Assembly: GCA_951406725.2 (NCBI GenBank)
Contig: OX597819.1
Span: 11,036,001 to 11,100,000 of the forward strand
Reading direction: 5' to 3'
Origin: Octopus vulgaris
Taxonomy: Eukaryota
DNA length: 64,000 nucleotides
In this document: in pieces, positions 51,565-63,074 of the stretch
How the letters are laid out: the number at the start of each line of letters is the position of its first letter
How positions within the stretch are numbered: position 1 is the stretch's first letter
The notes under the pieces: generated by a model
What the model was told of the DNA's origin: nothing
Database searches by the model: none
Seen by the model: only the letters and a program-made list of their open reading frames with translations
Program-made: the position numbers and the translations under genes

Positions 51565-53392
51565 ATCTTAAGGCATACGATATGATCCCACATTCTTGGA
51601 TTAAGGAATGTATGAATCTGTTTGGCATTGCATCAAATGTTGAGCAATTGCTTGGAAAAAGTTTGACGAATTGGAGGACGGACCTGACAGCATATGGAAG
51701 AAGTTTAAGGACAGTAGAAATCAGTAGGGGTATCTTCCAAGGGGACTGCCTGTCCCCACTGATCTTTGTACTGTGCTTGATACCACTAACACTAGTTGTG
51801 AGGAAAGATAAAGCTGGGTATATATTCAAAAGCCACCAACAAAAAGTCAACCACTTGTTATTCATGGATGACCTCAAACTTTATGGTAAAGATGAAGCCC
51901 AAGTCAGTTCCCTCATTGATATGGTGTATACTTTCAGTGCTGATATCAGAATGGAGTTCGGACTGAAAAAGTGTGGAGTGTTAGTATTGAAGAGAGGCAA
52001 AATCAAATGTATGGATGGGCTATCGATACTGTTGGGGGAGGTTATGAAGCAGATAGAAGAGATGGGCTATAAGTACTTGGGAATTTTGGAAATGGATAAA
52101 TTGATGGAGAAAGAAATGACAGGAAAATTTAAGGTGGAGTATATGTGCAGACTGAGACTGTTCCTTAAGTCGAAATTAAACGGATGGAATAAGATTAAAG
52201 CTATCAACACCTGGGCGGTTTCACTCCTTGGATATGGAGCCAGGGAAATCGCATGGACAGTAGATGAACTAAACAGCTTAGGCAGAAAGACAAGGAAGTT
52301 GCTAACTAGATATGGGACACTCCACCCAAAATGTGACACAGACAGACTGTATGTACCAAGAAAAATTGGATGAAGAGGACTTAGTGGATGCAAACACAGC
52401 ATTAGAGCAGAAGGAAACAACATAGCATGGTATGTAAAAACCACTATTATTAGAAGTAAGACGGTCAGGCTTGTGCAGGATGAAAGTTTGCAAAGATAAA
52501 GCACTGTACAAGCAATTGAAAACGAATGAAACTGAAAATAGGTGGGTAAAGAAAAGAATGCATGGGCAATTTCATAGGGATGTTGAAGATAAGACAGACA
52601 GAGAAAAAAAGATGGCTGTGGATGACTAAAAGTGATTTAAAACTGGAAACGGAGGCTCTAATCTGTGCTACCCAAGAGCTGCCTAAGAACAAACTACATA
52701 AAATACAGAGTAGACAATACATCAGAAAGTATTAAGTGCAGAATCTGTGGACAAAATGGTAAAACCATATGGTATATTGCCAGTCAATGTATGCCACTAG
52801 CCCAGAAGGAGTATAAGAGATGCCACGACAATATAGCAAGGCTTGTCTATTGGACACTTTGCAACATGTATGGACTTGACAGAGCAAAAAATTGGTATGA
52901 CCACAAACCCGAAGGCATCATCGAAAATGATAATGCAAAGATCCTGTGGGATTTTCTGATTCAGTGCGACCATGAGATAGAGAATAGGAAGCTAGACATA
53001 GTCTTGAGAAAGAAAGCAAACTATGCTGGATCATAGATATAGCATGCCCAGCTGACAACAAGGTATGCGATAAGGAAGAAAGAAAAGTAGATAAATATGA
53101 CAGATTAGCTTGGGAGGTTAAGCAGTTGTGGTCGATTAAAAGGTGGTAGTGGTACCAATAATTGTCAGAGCCCTGGGAACAGTGAGTAAAAATCTTGAGA
53201 AGTATATGGAAAAAATAGGGGATGCAATAAAGGTGGAGCACTTGCAGAAAACTGCACTGCTTGGAACTGCTTGAATACTTCGGAAGGTGAGTGAAAAATA
53301 AGAGGTGTTACCTTAGTTCACTGGTAGTGAACAGTTGACACCATAGTATATCTCCAGCATTAGAAGCTGTGCAAAGACAATAATAATAATAA
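51565..53392 (+). mobile_element. 5'-truncated R4/Dong LINE (RT, zinc knuckle, REL endonuclease)
   Basis: GIFQGDCLSP, HLLFMDDLKLY, CRICG...YKRCHD, KILWDF..QCDHEI; ends in (TAA)n. Confidence 0.9.
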
Positions 53393-53393
53393 T

Positions 53394-53710
53394 CATCATC
53401 ATCATCATCATCATTTAGCGTCCGTTTTCCATGCTAGCATGGGTTGGACGGTTCAACTGGGGTCTGGGGAGCCCGAAGGCTGCACCAGGCCAGTCAGATC
53501 TGGCAGTGTTTCTACAGCTGGATGCCCTTCCTAACGCCAACCACTCCGAGAGTGTAGTGGGTGATTTTATGTGCCACCGACACAGGTGCCAGACGAGGTT
53601 GGCGAACGGCCACGCTCGGATGGTGTTTTTATGTGCCACCGACACAGGTGCCAGACGAGGCTGGCAGACGGCCACGCTCGGATGGTGTTTTTATGTGCCA
53701 CCGACACAGG

Positions 53711-53712
<2 letters not shown>
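53394..53712 (-). mobile_element. RTE 3' UTR fragment (family D) within a (TAA)n tract
   Basis: (CAT)n plus ~61-bp repeats. Confidence 0.85.
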
Positions 53713-53773
<61 letters not shown>

Positions 53774-54290
53774 TGTAACGATTCTGTGGGACTTTCCAGT
53801 ACATACAGACCGAACCATCAAAGCCAATAAACCAGATATTGTTGTGAAAGACCAAAACAATAAAGTTTGCTTATTGATCGACATGAGCATCCCCTGTGAT
53901 CATAATATCTCGACGAAAGAGTTTGACAAGCTCAGAAAATATAAAGACCTACTCATTGAAATTGAGAAAATGTGGCATCTCAAGGCGGTTACAATACTAG
54001 TGAACGTAGGAGCACTAGGAATGATCAAGAAGGAAACCGAAAATTATAAGAGAATGATCCCTGGCTTACCATCCCTGCAAGAAGTGCAAAAGATTGTCTT
54101 AACTGGTACATCACAGGTATTGAGAAGAGCATTGTCGATGTGAGAACTATTACTACCCATGTGTTTTAATTTAACTTAAAAAAAAAAAAAATGAACGAAC
54201 TAGTGAGTTTAGTTTAATGGCCTACCAATGTATACTATGAGTTTCTTTGCCCTAGGAGTCGGAATGACACTCGGCAAGAAATGGATTTCA
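53774..54290 (+). mobile_element. 3' fragment of a different R4/Dong family (REL domain)
   Basis: TILWDFPVHTDRTIKANKPDIVVKD....CLLIDMSIP....KE..KL.KY.DL; preceded by (TAA)n. Confidence 0.85.
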
Positions 54291-54327
54291 AATTTGAACT
54301 CAGAACGAAATGCCAGCAGACAGTCCT

Positions 54328-54530
54328 TTCTACAATAGGCAAAAGGCCCGAAATTAGGGGTCAGGGACTAGTCAATTACATCGGCCCCTAGTGCTCAACT
54401 AGTACTTTATTTATTAACCCCGAAAGGGTGTAAAGTCAAGTTGACCTCAGCAGAATTTGAACTCATACCATAACAATGGGCAAAATACTGTTAAGCATTT
54501 CGTTCAGCATACTAACGATTCTGCCAGCTT
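54328..54530 (-). mobile_element. SINE family C, diverged
   Basis: Reverse complement of 21419-21630. Confidence 0.7.
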
Positions 54531-54536
54531 GTCCCC

Positions 54537-54584
<48 letters not shown>

Positions 54585-54660
54585 GTAATAATAATAATAA
54601 TCATAATAATAATAATAATAATAGTATTAGTAGTAATAATAATAATATTATATTTTCCAG

Positions 54661-54678
54661 ATGTGGGAATCTGTAAAG
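54661..54678 (+). CDS. Host 18-nt microexon (DVGICK)
   Basis: TTTTCCAG acceptor, AAG|GTAAGA donor, phase 1-1; supplies the Cys expected after CCPG. Confidence 0.7.
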
Positions 54679-55016
54679 GTAAGATTAATTTTATTACTTA
54701 CATAATTTTATTAAATATTTACTTTTTAAGTTAAGTAATATAACTGTCATTACCATTTGTAAATATAATATATATCTTTATTTTGCTTTTTTACTAAGAA
54801 TTTCTTTATTAGCTATATCCATAAGTATTAAATGTATATACTAGTTATCAATTTAAAACTGTCTTAATTCTATATGAGTTGCTTCGGAGTTAAGGTAAAT
54901 GTATCTGACTACCAGCTGAACTGTTATGAGTCCATACCTTACTAAAACTCCAGAGCTATAAGTGACTACCAGCAGGAAAGCTGTCCAGTTACAAAAATAA
55001 CTCCAACTACAATATA

Positions 55017-55430
55017 GGCGCCGGAGTGGCTGTGTGGTAAGTAGCTTGTTTACTAGCCACATGGTTCCGGGTTCAGTCCCACTGCGTGGCACCTTGGGCA
55101 AGTGTCTTCTACTATAGCCTCGGGCCGACCAAAGCCTTGTGAGTGGATTTGGTAGACGGAAACTGAAAGAAGCCCGTCGTATATATGTATATATATATAA
55201 GTGTGTGTGTATATGTTTGTGTGTCTGTGTTTGTCCCCCTAGCATTGTTTGACAACCGATGCTGGTGTGTTTATGTCCCCGTTACTTAGCGGTTCGGCAA
55301 AAAGAGACTGATAGAATAAGTACTGGGCTTACAAAGAATAAGTCCCGGGGTCGAGTTGCTCGATTAAAGGTGGTGCTCCAGCATGGCCGCAGTCAAATGA
55401 CTGAAACAAGTAAAAGAGTAAAAGAGAGTA
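55017..55430 (+). mobile_element. SINE family A
   Basis: Full-length copy. Confidence 0.9.
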
Positions 55431-55571
55431 AATAGGTATAGAAGAGTTTAGGCATTCCTTCAAACCTAAAGAAATATTCATTCTTTCACAATACTCAGTC
55501 TTTTATATTGCATGTATGTATACATACATAAATGTATTCATTCAATTATCTGGTATTATGTTCTATTCTAG

Positions 55572-55691
55572 ATATCAATGAATGTTCCAAGTCAAATGGT
55601 GGATGTCAGCATATTTGTAATAACACACAAGGAAGCTACCACTGTCAGTGTAAACTTGGTTATAAACTTAGCAATGGTAAAAAGTGTGTAG
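55572..55691 (+). CDS. Host exon: calcium-binding EGF repeat
   Basis: TAG acceptor, GTAAGT donor, 120 nt, phase 1-1; [40 protein letters not shown]. Confidence 0.95.
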   Translation: MSMNVPSQMVDVSIFVITHKEATTVSVNLVINLAMVKSV

Positions 55692-56149
55692 GTAAGTTAT
55701 ATATTATCCATCATTTTTTTTAAAAAACCTTTTGTTTATATTGAAACATCTCATTAATAAAAGTATGTCTTTTATACTTTGTTGGGCTTGTTTGTCTAAA
55801 TTTATGGTTCCCAAAATGCAACTGCATCTTTAGACTTAATTAGATTACTAAAGATGAAAGTGAAAATATTACCTAAGAGGTTATAGAATAGCAGCTGTTA
55901 TATCAAGTTAATGTATAGAGTGATTTATTTTATTCATCAGTCACAATGAGAATTTTCTAAACAGTGTTGTAGTTAATAAATTACCTTTCTAAATTACTAT
56001 CAGTCTCCGAAAAGTTGATATCATGGGATCTAGTTAATCAACACTGTTAATTAATGTAACTGGAGTAAAGTAGTAACTGATTATTGAGCCTAAAACAGTT
56101 TCTAAGTCTCTATACAACTTTGAATTGCTAATTTTGCATAATTAAATTT

Positions 56150-56430
56150 GCCAGCGCTGCCCCGACTGGCCTCGTGCCGGTGGCACGTAAAAAACACTAT
56201 CCGTTCATGGCCGTTGCCAGCCTCGCCTGGCACTTTGCCGGTGGCACGTAAAAAGCACCCACTACACTCATGGAGTGGTTGGCGTTAGGAAGGGCATCCA
56301 GCTGTAGAAACATTGCCAGATAAGACTGGAGCCTGGTGCAGCCTTCTGGCTTCCCAGACCCCAGTTGAACCGTCCAACCCATGCTAGCATGGAAAGCGGA
56401 CGCTAAACGATGATGATGATGATGATGATG
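56150..56430 (+). mobile_element. RTE 3' UTR fragment (family D)
   Basis: Ends in (TGA)n. Confidence 0.85.
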
Positions 56431-56650
56431 TTCAATTAAGTAAATCTAAATCTTGTAATCAGATCCCAAATAATTTGAGAAATGAATTGTTGAAATGGTG
56501 AGGTATAAATTTGGATAATTGGAGCTATTGTGATGAACATTGGAACCTTTTTCTCTGGAGCTGTCTGCCGGGTATCAAACAAATTACAGCTTTTTGTTGT
56601 GCAGTACACAGTGGTATTGTACAATGGAGCTACTAATGAAGCCAAAGTGT

Positions 56651-57042
56651 GAAGGCGCAATGGCCCAGTGGTTAGGGCAGCGGACTCGCGGTCATAGGAT
56701 CGCGGTTTCGATTCCCAGACCGGGCGTTGTGAGTGTTTATTGAGCGAAAACACCTAAAGCTCCACGAGGCTCCGGCAGGGGATGGTGGTGATCCCTGCTG
56801 TACTCTTTCACCACAACTTTCTCTCACTCTTACTTCCTGTTTCTGTTGTACCTGTATTTCAAAGGGCCGGCCTTGTCACTCTCTGTGTCACGCTGAATAT
56901 CCCCGAGAACTACGTTAAGGGTACACGTGTCTGTGGAGTGCTCAGCCACTTACACGTTAATTTCACGAGCAGGCTGTTCCATTGATTCGGATCAACCGGA
57001 ACCCTCGGCGTCGTAACCGACGGAGTGCTTCCATCCATCCAT
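56651..57042 (+). mobile_element. SINE family B
   Basis: Full-length; TSD TAATGAAGCCAAA. Confidence 0.9.
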
Positions 57043-57500
57043 AATGAAGCCAAAAATTTTGAATCTACACTTGTGGAGTGATGTTGACAAAAAGTTAGTT
57101 TTTACAGTGAGAGTAGGAAGATGGAGGTTCCATGATGAGATTGACTAGAAGCAAAGGAACTGCAAATCAGGTATTCATGTATGAGTGGGGCAAAATTTGG
57201 GAAAGATTGGAAATGTAGTTAAATCAACATGGAGAAACTGAATGTTGTGACATGTTGCATGCTGGAGAAGTTGAGTGGTAGAGTAGAAGGTGAATTGAAC
57301 ACAGTTGGTGGATGGGCTATAGTGGACAATGGTTTAGGACCTGAGCCTTTTTGCACATTGTTAATCCAGGAGGTTTGAAGGAAATATATATAGGTACTTT
57401 TGAGAATATGAAAATACGTTCTTTTATAGAAAATGTCTATCTGCGTGTGTCTGTGTGTGAATTATTTTCAAGAATTTTCTCTCCTATGGTAATTTTCCAG

Positions 57501-57620
57501 ATATAAATGAATGTGCTAAAGGAAATGGTGGCTGCCAACATAACTGTCTCAATTCAGTTGGAAGCTACAAATGTTCCTGTAAATCAGGATACCAGCTTCT
57601 GAACAACAAACAGTGCTCTG
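57501..57620 (+). CDS. Host exon: calcium-binding EGF repeat
   Basis: CCAG acceptor, GTGAGT donor, 120 nt, phase 1-1; DINECAKGNGGCQHNCLNSVGSYKCSCKSGYQLLNNKQCS. Confidence 0.95.
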
Positions 57621-57854
57621 GTGAGTGTACCTCTAATTTTGGAATGATCTTAGTTGACAGATGTCATCATATTTATGAAAATAGTTTGAATGATTGTGTG
57701 TTTGAGTGTGTGAGTGTGTGTGTGTGGGGGGCATGTGTGTATGGGAATGTGTGTGGTATCTATATCATTACCGTTGTCATTTAATAATCCCTGTTCCATG
57801 TTTCCATGTGTCACACAGTATTCGCTGAAGCAGATTTTCTATGGCTAGATATAA

Positions 57855-58494
57855 CAAAAGGCCTCTCTCTCAGAGTGAAAAGCAGATTGTTTGATGCCTG
57901 TGTGTGAACAGCAATGCTACATGGCAGTGAAACATGGACTATGAAAGCTAAGGTCATGCATAGGCTTGAAAGAAATGAAGCCAGCATACTTCACTGGATG
58001 TGCCATGTCAGTGTGCATGTTTGACAGAGTGTAAGCATCTTGAGAGAAAAGTTAGACAGTTGTAGTGTGCAAGAGAGATGACTGTGTTGGTATGGTTATG
58101 TGATGTATATGGACGAGGACAGCTGTGTAAAGAAGTGTCAATCTCTAATTGTGGAGGGAACCTGTGATAGAAGTAGACATGGAACGAAGTGGAGAAGCAT
58201 GATCTTCAAACTTTGAGCCTCATAGAGACAATGACTAATAACCAAGAACCTTTAGCAATGTGCTGTCCTTGAGAGGACCTGTCAAACCAAGTGCACCCAT
58301 GCTGGTGGCATGTAAAAGCACCCATTACACTCTCAGGGTGGTTGGCATTAAGAAGGGTATCCAGCTGTAGAAAACCATGTTAAATCAGACTGGAGTCTGA
58401 TGCAGCCTTCCAGTGTAACAGCCCAGTCAAACTGTCCAACCCATGCCAGCATAGACAACGGACGTTAAATGACGATGATGATGATGATGATGGT

Positions 58495-58495
<1 letters not shown>
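57855..58495 (+). mobile_element. Older degenerate RTE LINE 3' end
   Basis: Homologous to 61760-62754 with stops; (TGA)n tail. Confidence 0.85.
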
Positions 58496-58522
<27 letters not shown>

Positions 58523-58526
<4 letters not shown>

Positions 58527-59072
58527 TGAAAAATAGGATAAAATCTTTATTTATCAAGTAGTTAACATGAAAAACCTCATAAGGTAAAAACCTATCAATT
58601 TTTCCTCTTAAATATATTTATTTATTTATTGAGGGCATTACTATACATAAATGCCACATGCTAGGAGGGACTCTTAAAGTCAAAACTACCAAAATGAATA
58701 AACATTGTACCGAATTCGAGGGAATGCAACTCTCGAAGCGAGCCTTTTAAAAACAGAATTCAGCTGCATATCATATGATTTCATAATTAGTGCACAAATG
58801 CACTTTTTAATCTTCAGTGCAAGCATAATTCAAGATACATAGAGAATGAACAAAAATCAACATACCCGACGAACACCAAGAGGTATCCAGCGTAGTATAC
58901 AGAATTGTTCATCCTTATATATCTATGTAAAAGGTGGCTTTTTTTTAGAATTGCATCTCGGTACAACGTGCAGTCCTTCGTATTCGGTACAATGTGTTTA
59001 TTTAATTTGGTAGTTTTGACTTTAAGAGTCCCTCCTAGTGTGTGGCATTTATGTATAGTAATGCCCTCAATA
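58523..59072 (-). mobile_element. Fold-back hammerhead element family H6 in (TA)n
   Basis: Arms from 58627 and to 59072; tail 58523-58626; right arm lacks the ribozyme segment. Confidence 0.75.
58763..58824 (-). ncRNA. Type-I hammerhead ribozyme motif, CUGAAGA core
   Basis: Minus strand GCTTGCA-CTGAAGA-T TAA AA AGTGCA TTTG TGCACT AA TTA T-GAAA-TCATATGA-TA-TGCAGC. Confidence 0.8.
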
Positions 59073-59076
59073 TATA

Positions 59077-59440
59077 TTCCTTGTCCTGTCTTTTACTGCT
59101 TATATTTTGTACTGTCGTTACTGTCCTGTTTTTGTTACCATTTTTACCCCTCTGCAAAAAGATCTCAAATTTTATTTGATTTGCTTTTCACAGGAAGGAA
59201 AGTTTCTATCGAAGATACGTCTCGCCTTCACCTTTGAAACGTAGAGTAGATGAAACCATGGCGACTGAAGAAGGGTTTTTTTCCTTGTGTTATTTGTCAT
59301 GTACTCTATTTTTTTGTTGTTTAAGTAAAATCTCTAGTTCCTTGGGTTTGTGTCATGTTTTCGTTTCTCATTGTTTTCGACGTTTTTTTGGTGTCCTGTA
59401 CTCATATATGTGTGTATATATACATCTAGAGGTAGGTACG
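59077..59440 (+). mobile_element. Probable pLTR-like element with degenerate hammerhead (59202-59256)
   Basis: GTTTC..TCGAAGA...GAAAC....GTA..GAAAC; TA-rich flanks. Confidence 0.35.
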
Positions 59441-59536
59441 TACATATATGTATATATATATGCATATGTTTTATTTATTAATAAATTATATATATATATG
59501 TGTGTGTGTGTGTGGGTACATATATATATATATATA

Positions 59537-60062
59537 CATTTGCACAAATGAGTTGAGATGGCTTTTCGAGGGGATAATTTTTGTTTTAATCTTAATGATA
59601 ATTTTTACTCTGAGTTACTCTGTTATGAGTTTCAAGCTTCAGAGTAGCCATTTTCACACTGCAAAAAAAGGGGTTTGACTGGTTGCTTAACTAGCAAAAG
59701 ATTTTCTTATAAGTATACATGCCAAAAATTATACACAAAAAGGGAAAAGAAAAACTAATAAATAAATAATATAAAAAATAGAAATAAAATAAAAATTAAT
59801 TTTTTAAAAAATTTTTATTATTTTTTATTTTCCCTTTTTGTATGTATACTTATAAGAAGATCTTTTGCTATTTAAGCAATCAGTACAACATATTTTTCAG
59901 TTTGAAAATGACTACTTTGAAGATTGAAACTCATAGAGTAACTCAGTGTAAAGATTATTATTAAGATTAAAATAAAAATTATCCCTCAAAAAGCCATCTC
60001 AACTCATTTGTGCAAATGGATATAATACTGTACCAAGTATTTTCTCTTTACTATTCTACTAC

Positions 60063-60063
<1 letters not shown>
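59537..60063 (+). mobile_element. Fold-back element family H7 in (TA)n with hammerhead remnant
   Basis: Arms span 59537-60018, tail to 60063; (C/T)TGAAG(A/C)-TT-GAAACTC..GAGTA in both arms. Confidence 0.75.
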
Positions 60064-60113
<50 letters not shown>

Positions 60114-60114
<1 letters not shown>

Positions 60115-60201
60115 TTTATTTAAATAAAGCATATTACTCTACTACTGGTATTTGAGTACTCTTTTTTTCCACCTTGTTTCACATTTATGTGTTTACTCCG
60201 G
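60114..60201 (+). mobile_element. Family H1 copy with collapsed hairpin
   Basis: 16-bp palindrome CTTTATTTAAATAAAG plus tail matching 2216-2286; (TA)n flanks. Confidence 0.85.
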
Positions 60202-60344
60202 TATATATATATATATATATATATATCTATATATATATAAACAAATATATATAATCAATATATATAAACATCAGCATCCATTTTCTATGCTGACATGGGT
60301 TGGATGGTTTGACTGAGAACTGGTAAGCCAGGGAGTTGCACCAC

Positions 60345-60623
60345 CAGTGCCACTTGACTGGTGTCCGTGTCAGTGACATGTAAAAAGCACCAACTGATCA
60401 TAGCCGTTTGCCAGCCTCCTCTGGCCCCTGTGCTGGTGGCACGTAAAAAGCACCCACTACACTCATGGAGTGTTTGGCATTAGGAAGGTCATCCAGCTGC
60501 AGAAACACTGCCAGATCAGACTGGAGCCTGGCGCAGCCTCCTGGCTTCCCAGACCCCAGTCGTACTGTCCAATCCATGTTAGCAGGGAAAACGGACGTTA
60601 AACGATGATGATGATGATGATGA
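60345..60623 (+). mobile_element. RTE 3' UTR fragment (family D), next to a short inverted copy at 60268-60344
   Basis: Ends in (TGA)n. Confidence 0.8.
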
Positions 60624-60773
60624 TATATATATATATATATATACATACATACAGTAATCCCACAACTGTTATTGTGTTACATTCCAAAAACCCCTGTGAT
60701 AGGTGAAAATCCGCAAAGTAAAAACTACTCTACTGTATGTTTATTTTATTATTTTCATAATTTGTATATATTT

Positions 60774-61093
60774 ATTTAAGAAACACACAAAAGCCGTTTG
60801 ATTCACTTCAACATTTAAGTTTAATTTGTCAAAATATTTTCGTCACTATAAGACCGCGACCTGTTCACTGACAAAAATTCGTGCTGCACGGATGCAGCAC
60901 AGATTTTTGTCTGTGAACAGGTTGCGGTCTTAAAGTGACGAAAATATTTTGATAAATTAAACTTAAATGTTGAAGTGAATAGAAGGCTTTTGTGTGTTTC
61001 TTAAATGGCTTACAAACACCTTCCACGCTGCAATTGTTTTCGTTCCAGCACACGATCTCAGATCAAATCACTCGCTATGCAAGTACATCTCCG
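60774..61093 (+). mobile_element. Fold-back hammerhead element family H8
   Basis: Near-perfect palindrome 60774-61006, tail 61007-61093, TATATATTT on both flanks. Confidence 0.8.
60825..60875 (-). ncRNA. Variant hammerhead motif with G3-C8 core (GUGAACA)
   Basis: Minus strand TTTGTCA-GTGAACA-G GTCGC..GTGAC-GAAA-ATAT-TT-TGACAAA; second copy at 60906-60956 (+). Confidence 0.65.
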
Positions 61094-61159
61094 TAATATA
61101 TATTTATTCTATTATAAAAAACAACACAATGGAGGAAATGACATAAGCTTAAATAATAC

Positions 61160-62754
61160 ACAGAAGAATTCAAAGTAGAGGTTGGGGTCCACCAGGGTTC
61201 AGTACTCAGCCCCCTCCTATTTATCATAGTCCTCCAAGCAATTACGGAGGAATTCAAGACAGGTTGCCCCTGGGAGCTTGCTCTAATTGCTGAGTCACTA
61301 TCAGAACTGGAGGAGAAGTTCCAGGTGTGGAAGGAGGGTTTAGAATCGAGGGGCCTTAGAGTCAACCTAGCTAAAACCAAAGTACTAATAAGTAGGAAGG
61401 TAGACAATCCACAAATGTCTTCAGGAAGATGGCACTGCTCGATCTGTAGAAAAGGTGTAGGTAGAAACTCTATAAGATGTACCCAGTGTAAGCTATGGAC
61501 ACATAAGAGGTGCAGCAATGTCAAAGGTAGGCTAACTGGGAAGATAGTTTTTGTATGTGGCAGATGCTTGGGAGCATTAACCTCCAAAAATCTGCAGAAA
61601 ACAACTTCCGTCACTTTCCAGGGGGAAAAACTAGAAGTAGTTGATAGCTTCCGTTATCTAGGTGACCAAGTCAGTAGTGGGGGTGGGTGCATTGAAAGTG
61701 TAACTGCTAGAATAAGAATAGCCTGGGCAAAGTTTAGGGAGCTCTTACCTCTGCTGGTGACTAAAGGCCTCTCGCTCAGAGTAAAAGGCAGACTGTATGA
61801 TGTATGTGTACGAACAGCCATACTACATGGCAGTGAAACATGGGCCATGACTGCTGAGAACATGCGTAAACTCGTGAGGAATGAAGCCAGAATGCTCCGA
61901 TGGATGTGTAATGTCAGTGTACATACTCGACAGAGCGTTAGTACCTTGAGAGAAATGTTGTACCTAAGAAGCATCAGTTGTGGTGTGCAAGAAAGACGAT
62001 TGCACTGGTATGGTCATGTGGCGAGAATGGATGAAGATAGGTGTGTGAAAAAGTGCCAATCCCTAGCAGTTGAGGGAACCCGTGGAAGAGGTAGACCCAG
62101 GAAAACCTGGGACGAGGTGGTGAAGCACAACCTTCGAACTTTAGGCCTCACTGAGGAAATGACCGGCGACCGAGACCTTTGGAAATATGCTGTACGTGAG
62201 AAGACCAGGCAGGACAAGTGAGCCCAGCCCATTTATGCATGCCTTTCCTCCCTTGGACACAAAGACCTGTTGAGGCAAGTGAAGTCGATATCGAACCTCA
62301 TCCGACGACAGGCACCTATGGCAACCCCCCCTTTGCTTGCGAAAACCTGTTGGGGCAAGTGAAATCGAAATCGAAATCGAAATTGACCAATCCTATGACT
62401 GGCATCCAGCAGATGCCAGGACCCCTGGACTGGTGGTACGTAAAAAGCACTATCCGAATCATGGCCGATGCCAGCGCCGCCTCGACTGGCTTCTGTGCCG
62501 GTGGCACGTAAATTGCACCAATCCGACCGTGGTCGTTGCCAGCCTTGCCTGGCACCTGTGCGGGTGGCACGTAAAAAGCACCCACTACACTCACGGAGTG
62601 GTTGGCATTAGGAAGGGCATCCAGCTGTAGAAACATTGCCAGATAAGACTGGAGCCTGGTGCAGCCTTCTGGCTTCCCAGACCCCCGGTCGAACCATCCA
62701 ACCCATGCTAGCATGGAGAACGGACGTTAAACAATGATGATGATGATGATGATG
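61160..62754 (+). mobile_element. 5'-truncated RTE LINE with PHD-like insert and repeat-containing 3' UTR (source of family D)
   Basis: GVHQGSVLSPLLF; ORF 61325..62221 with C-x2-C...WTHKRC, FRYLG, LHGSETW, RGRGRPRKTW; YADD motif deleted; (TGA)n tail. Confidence 0.92.
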
Positions 62755-62820
62755 AATAAACCGTGATAGGTAAACCACAATATGGTGAGGGATTTCTGTA
62801 TATATATATATGTATGTATA

Positions 62821-63074
62821 GAGTGTTAGAAGTGGGGTAACAGATATTGAATATTGGGAAAAGAGGAAGTCGCCAGAATTTTGGAAAGAGAATTTTTTTA
62901 TTTAGTCATTATTATTAGCACTTCCATTCATTTTTCAAACTTGTCAAATAAAATTTTTTTGTACATTGACAAAAAAAATTTTATATGACAAGTTCAAAAA
63001 ATGAACAAAACTGCTAATAATAATGACTAAATAAAAAAATTCTCTTTCCAAAATTCTGTGACCTCCTTTCTTCT

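Larger units (their letters stand above)
60652..62798. mobile_element. pogo/Tigger-type MITE hosting two nested insertions
   Basis: TA|CAGTAATCCC ... GGGATTTCTG|TA termini; subterminal GTGATAGGT repeats. Confidence 0.65.
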
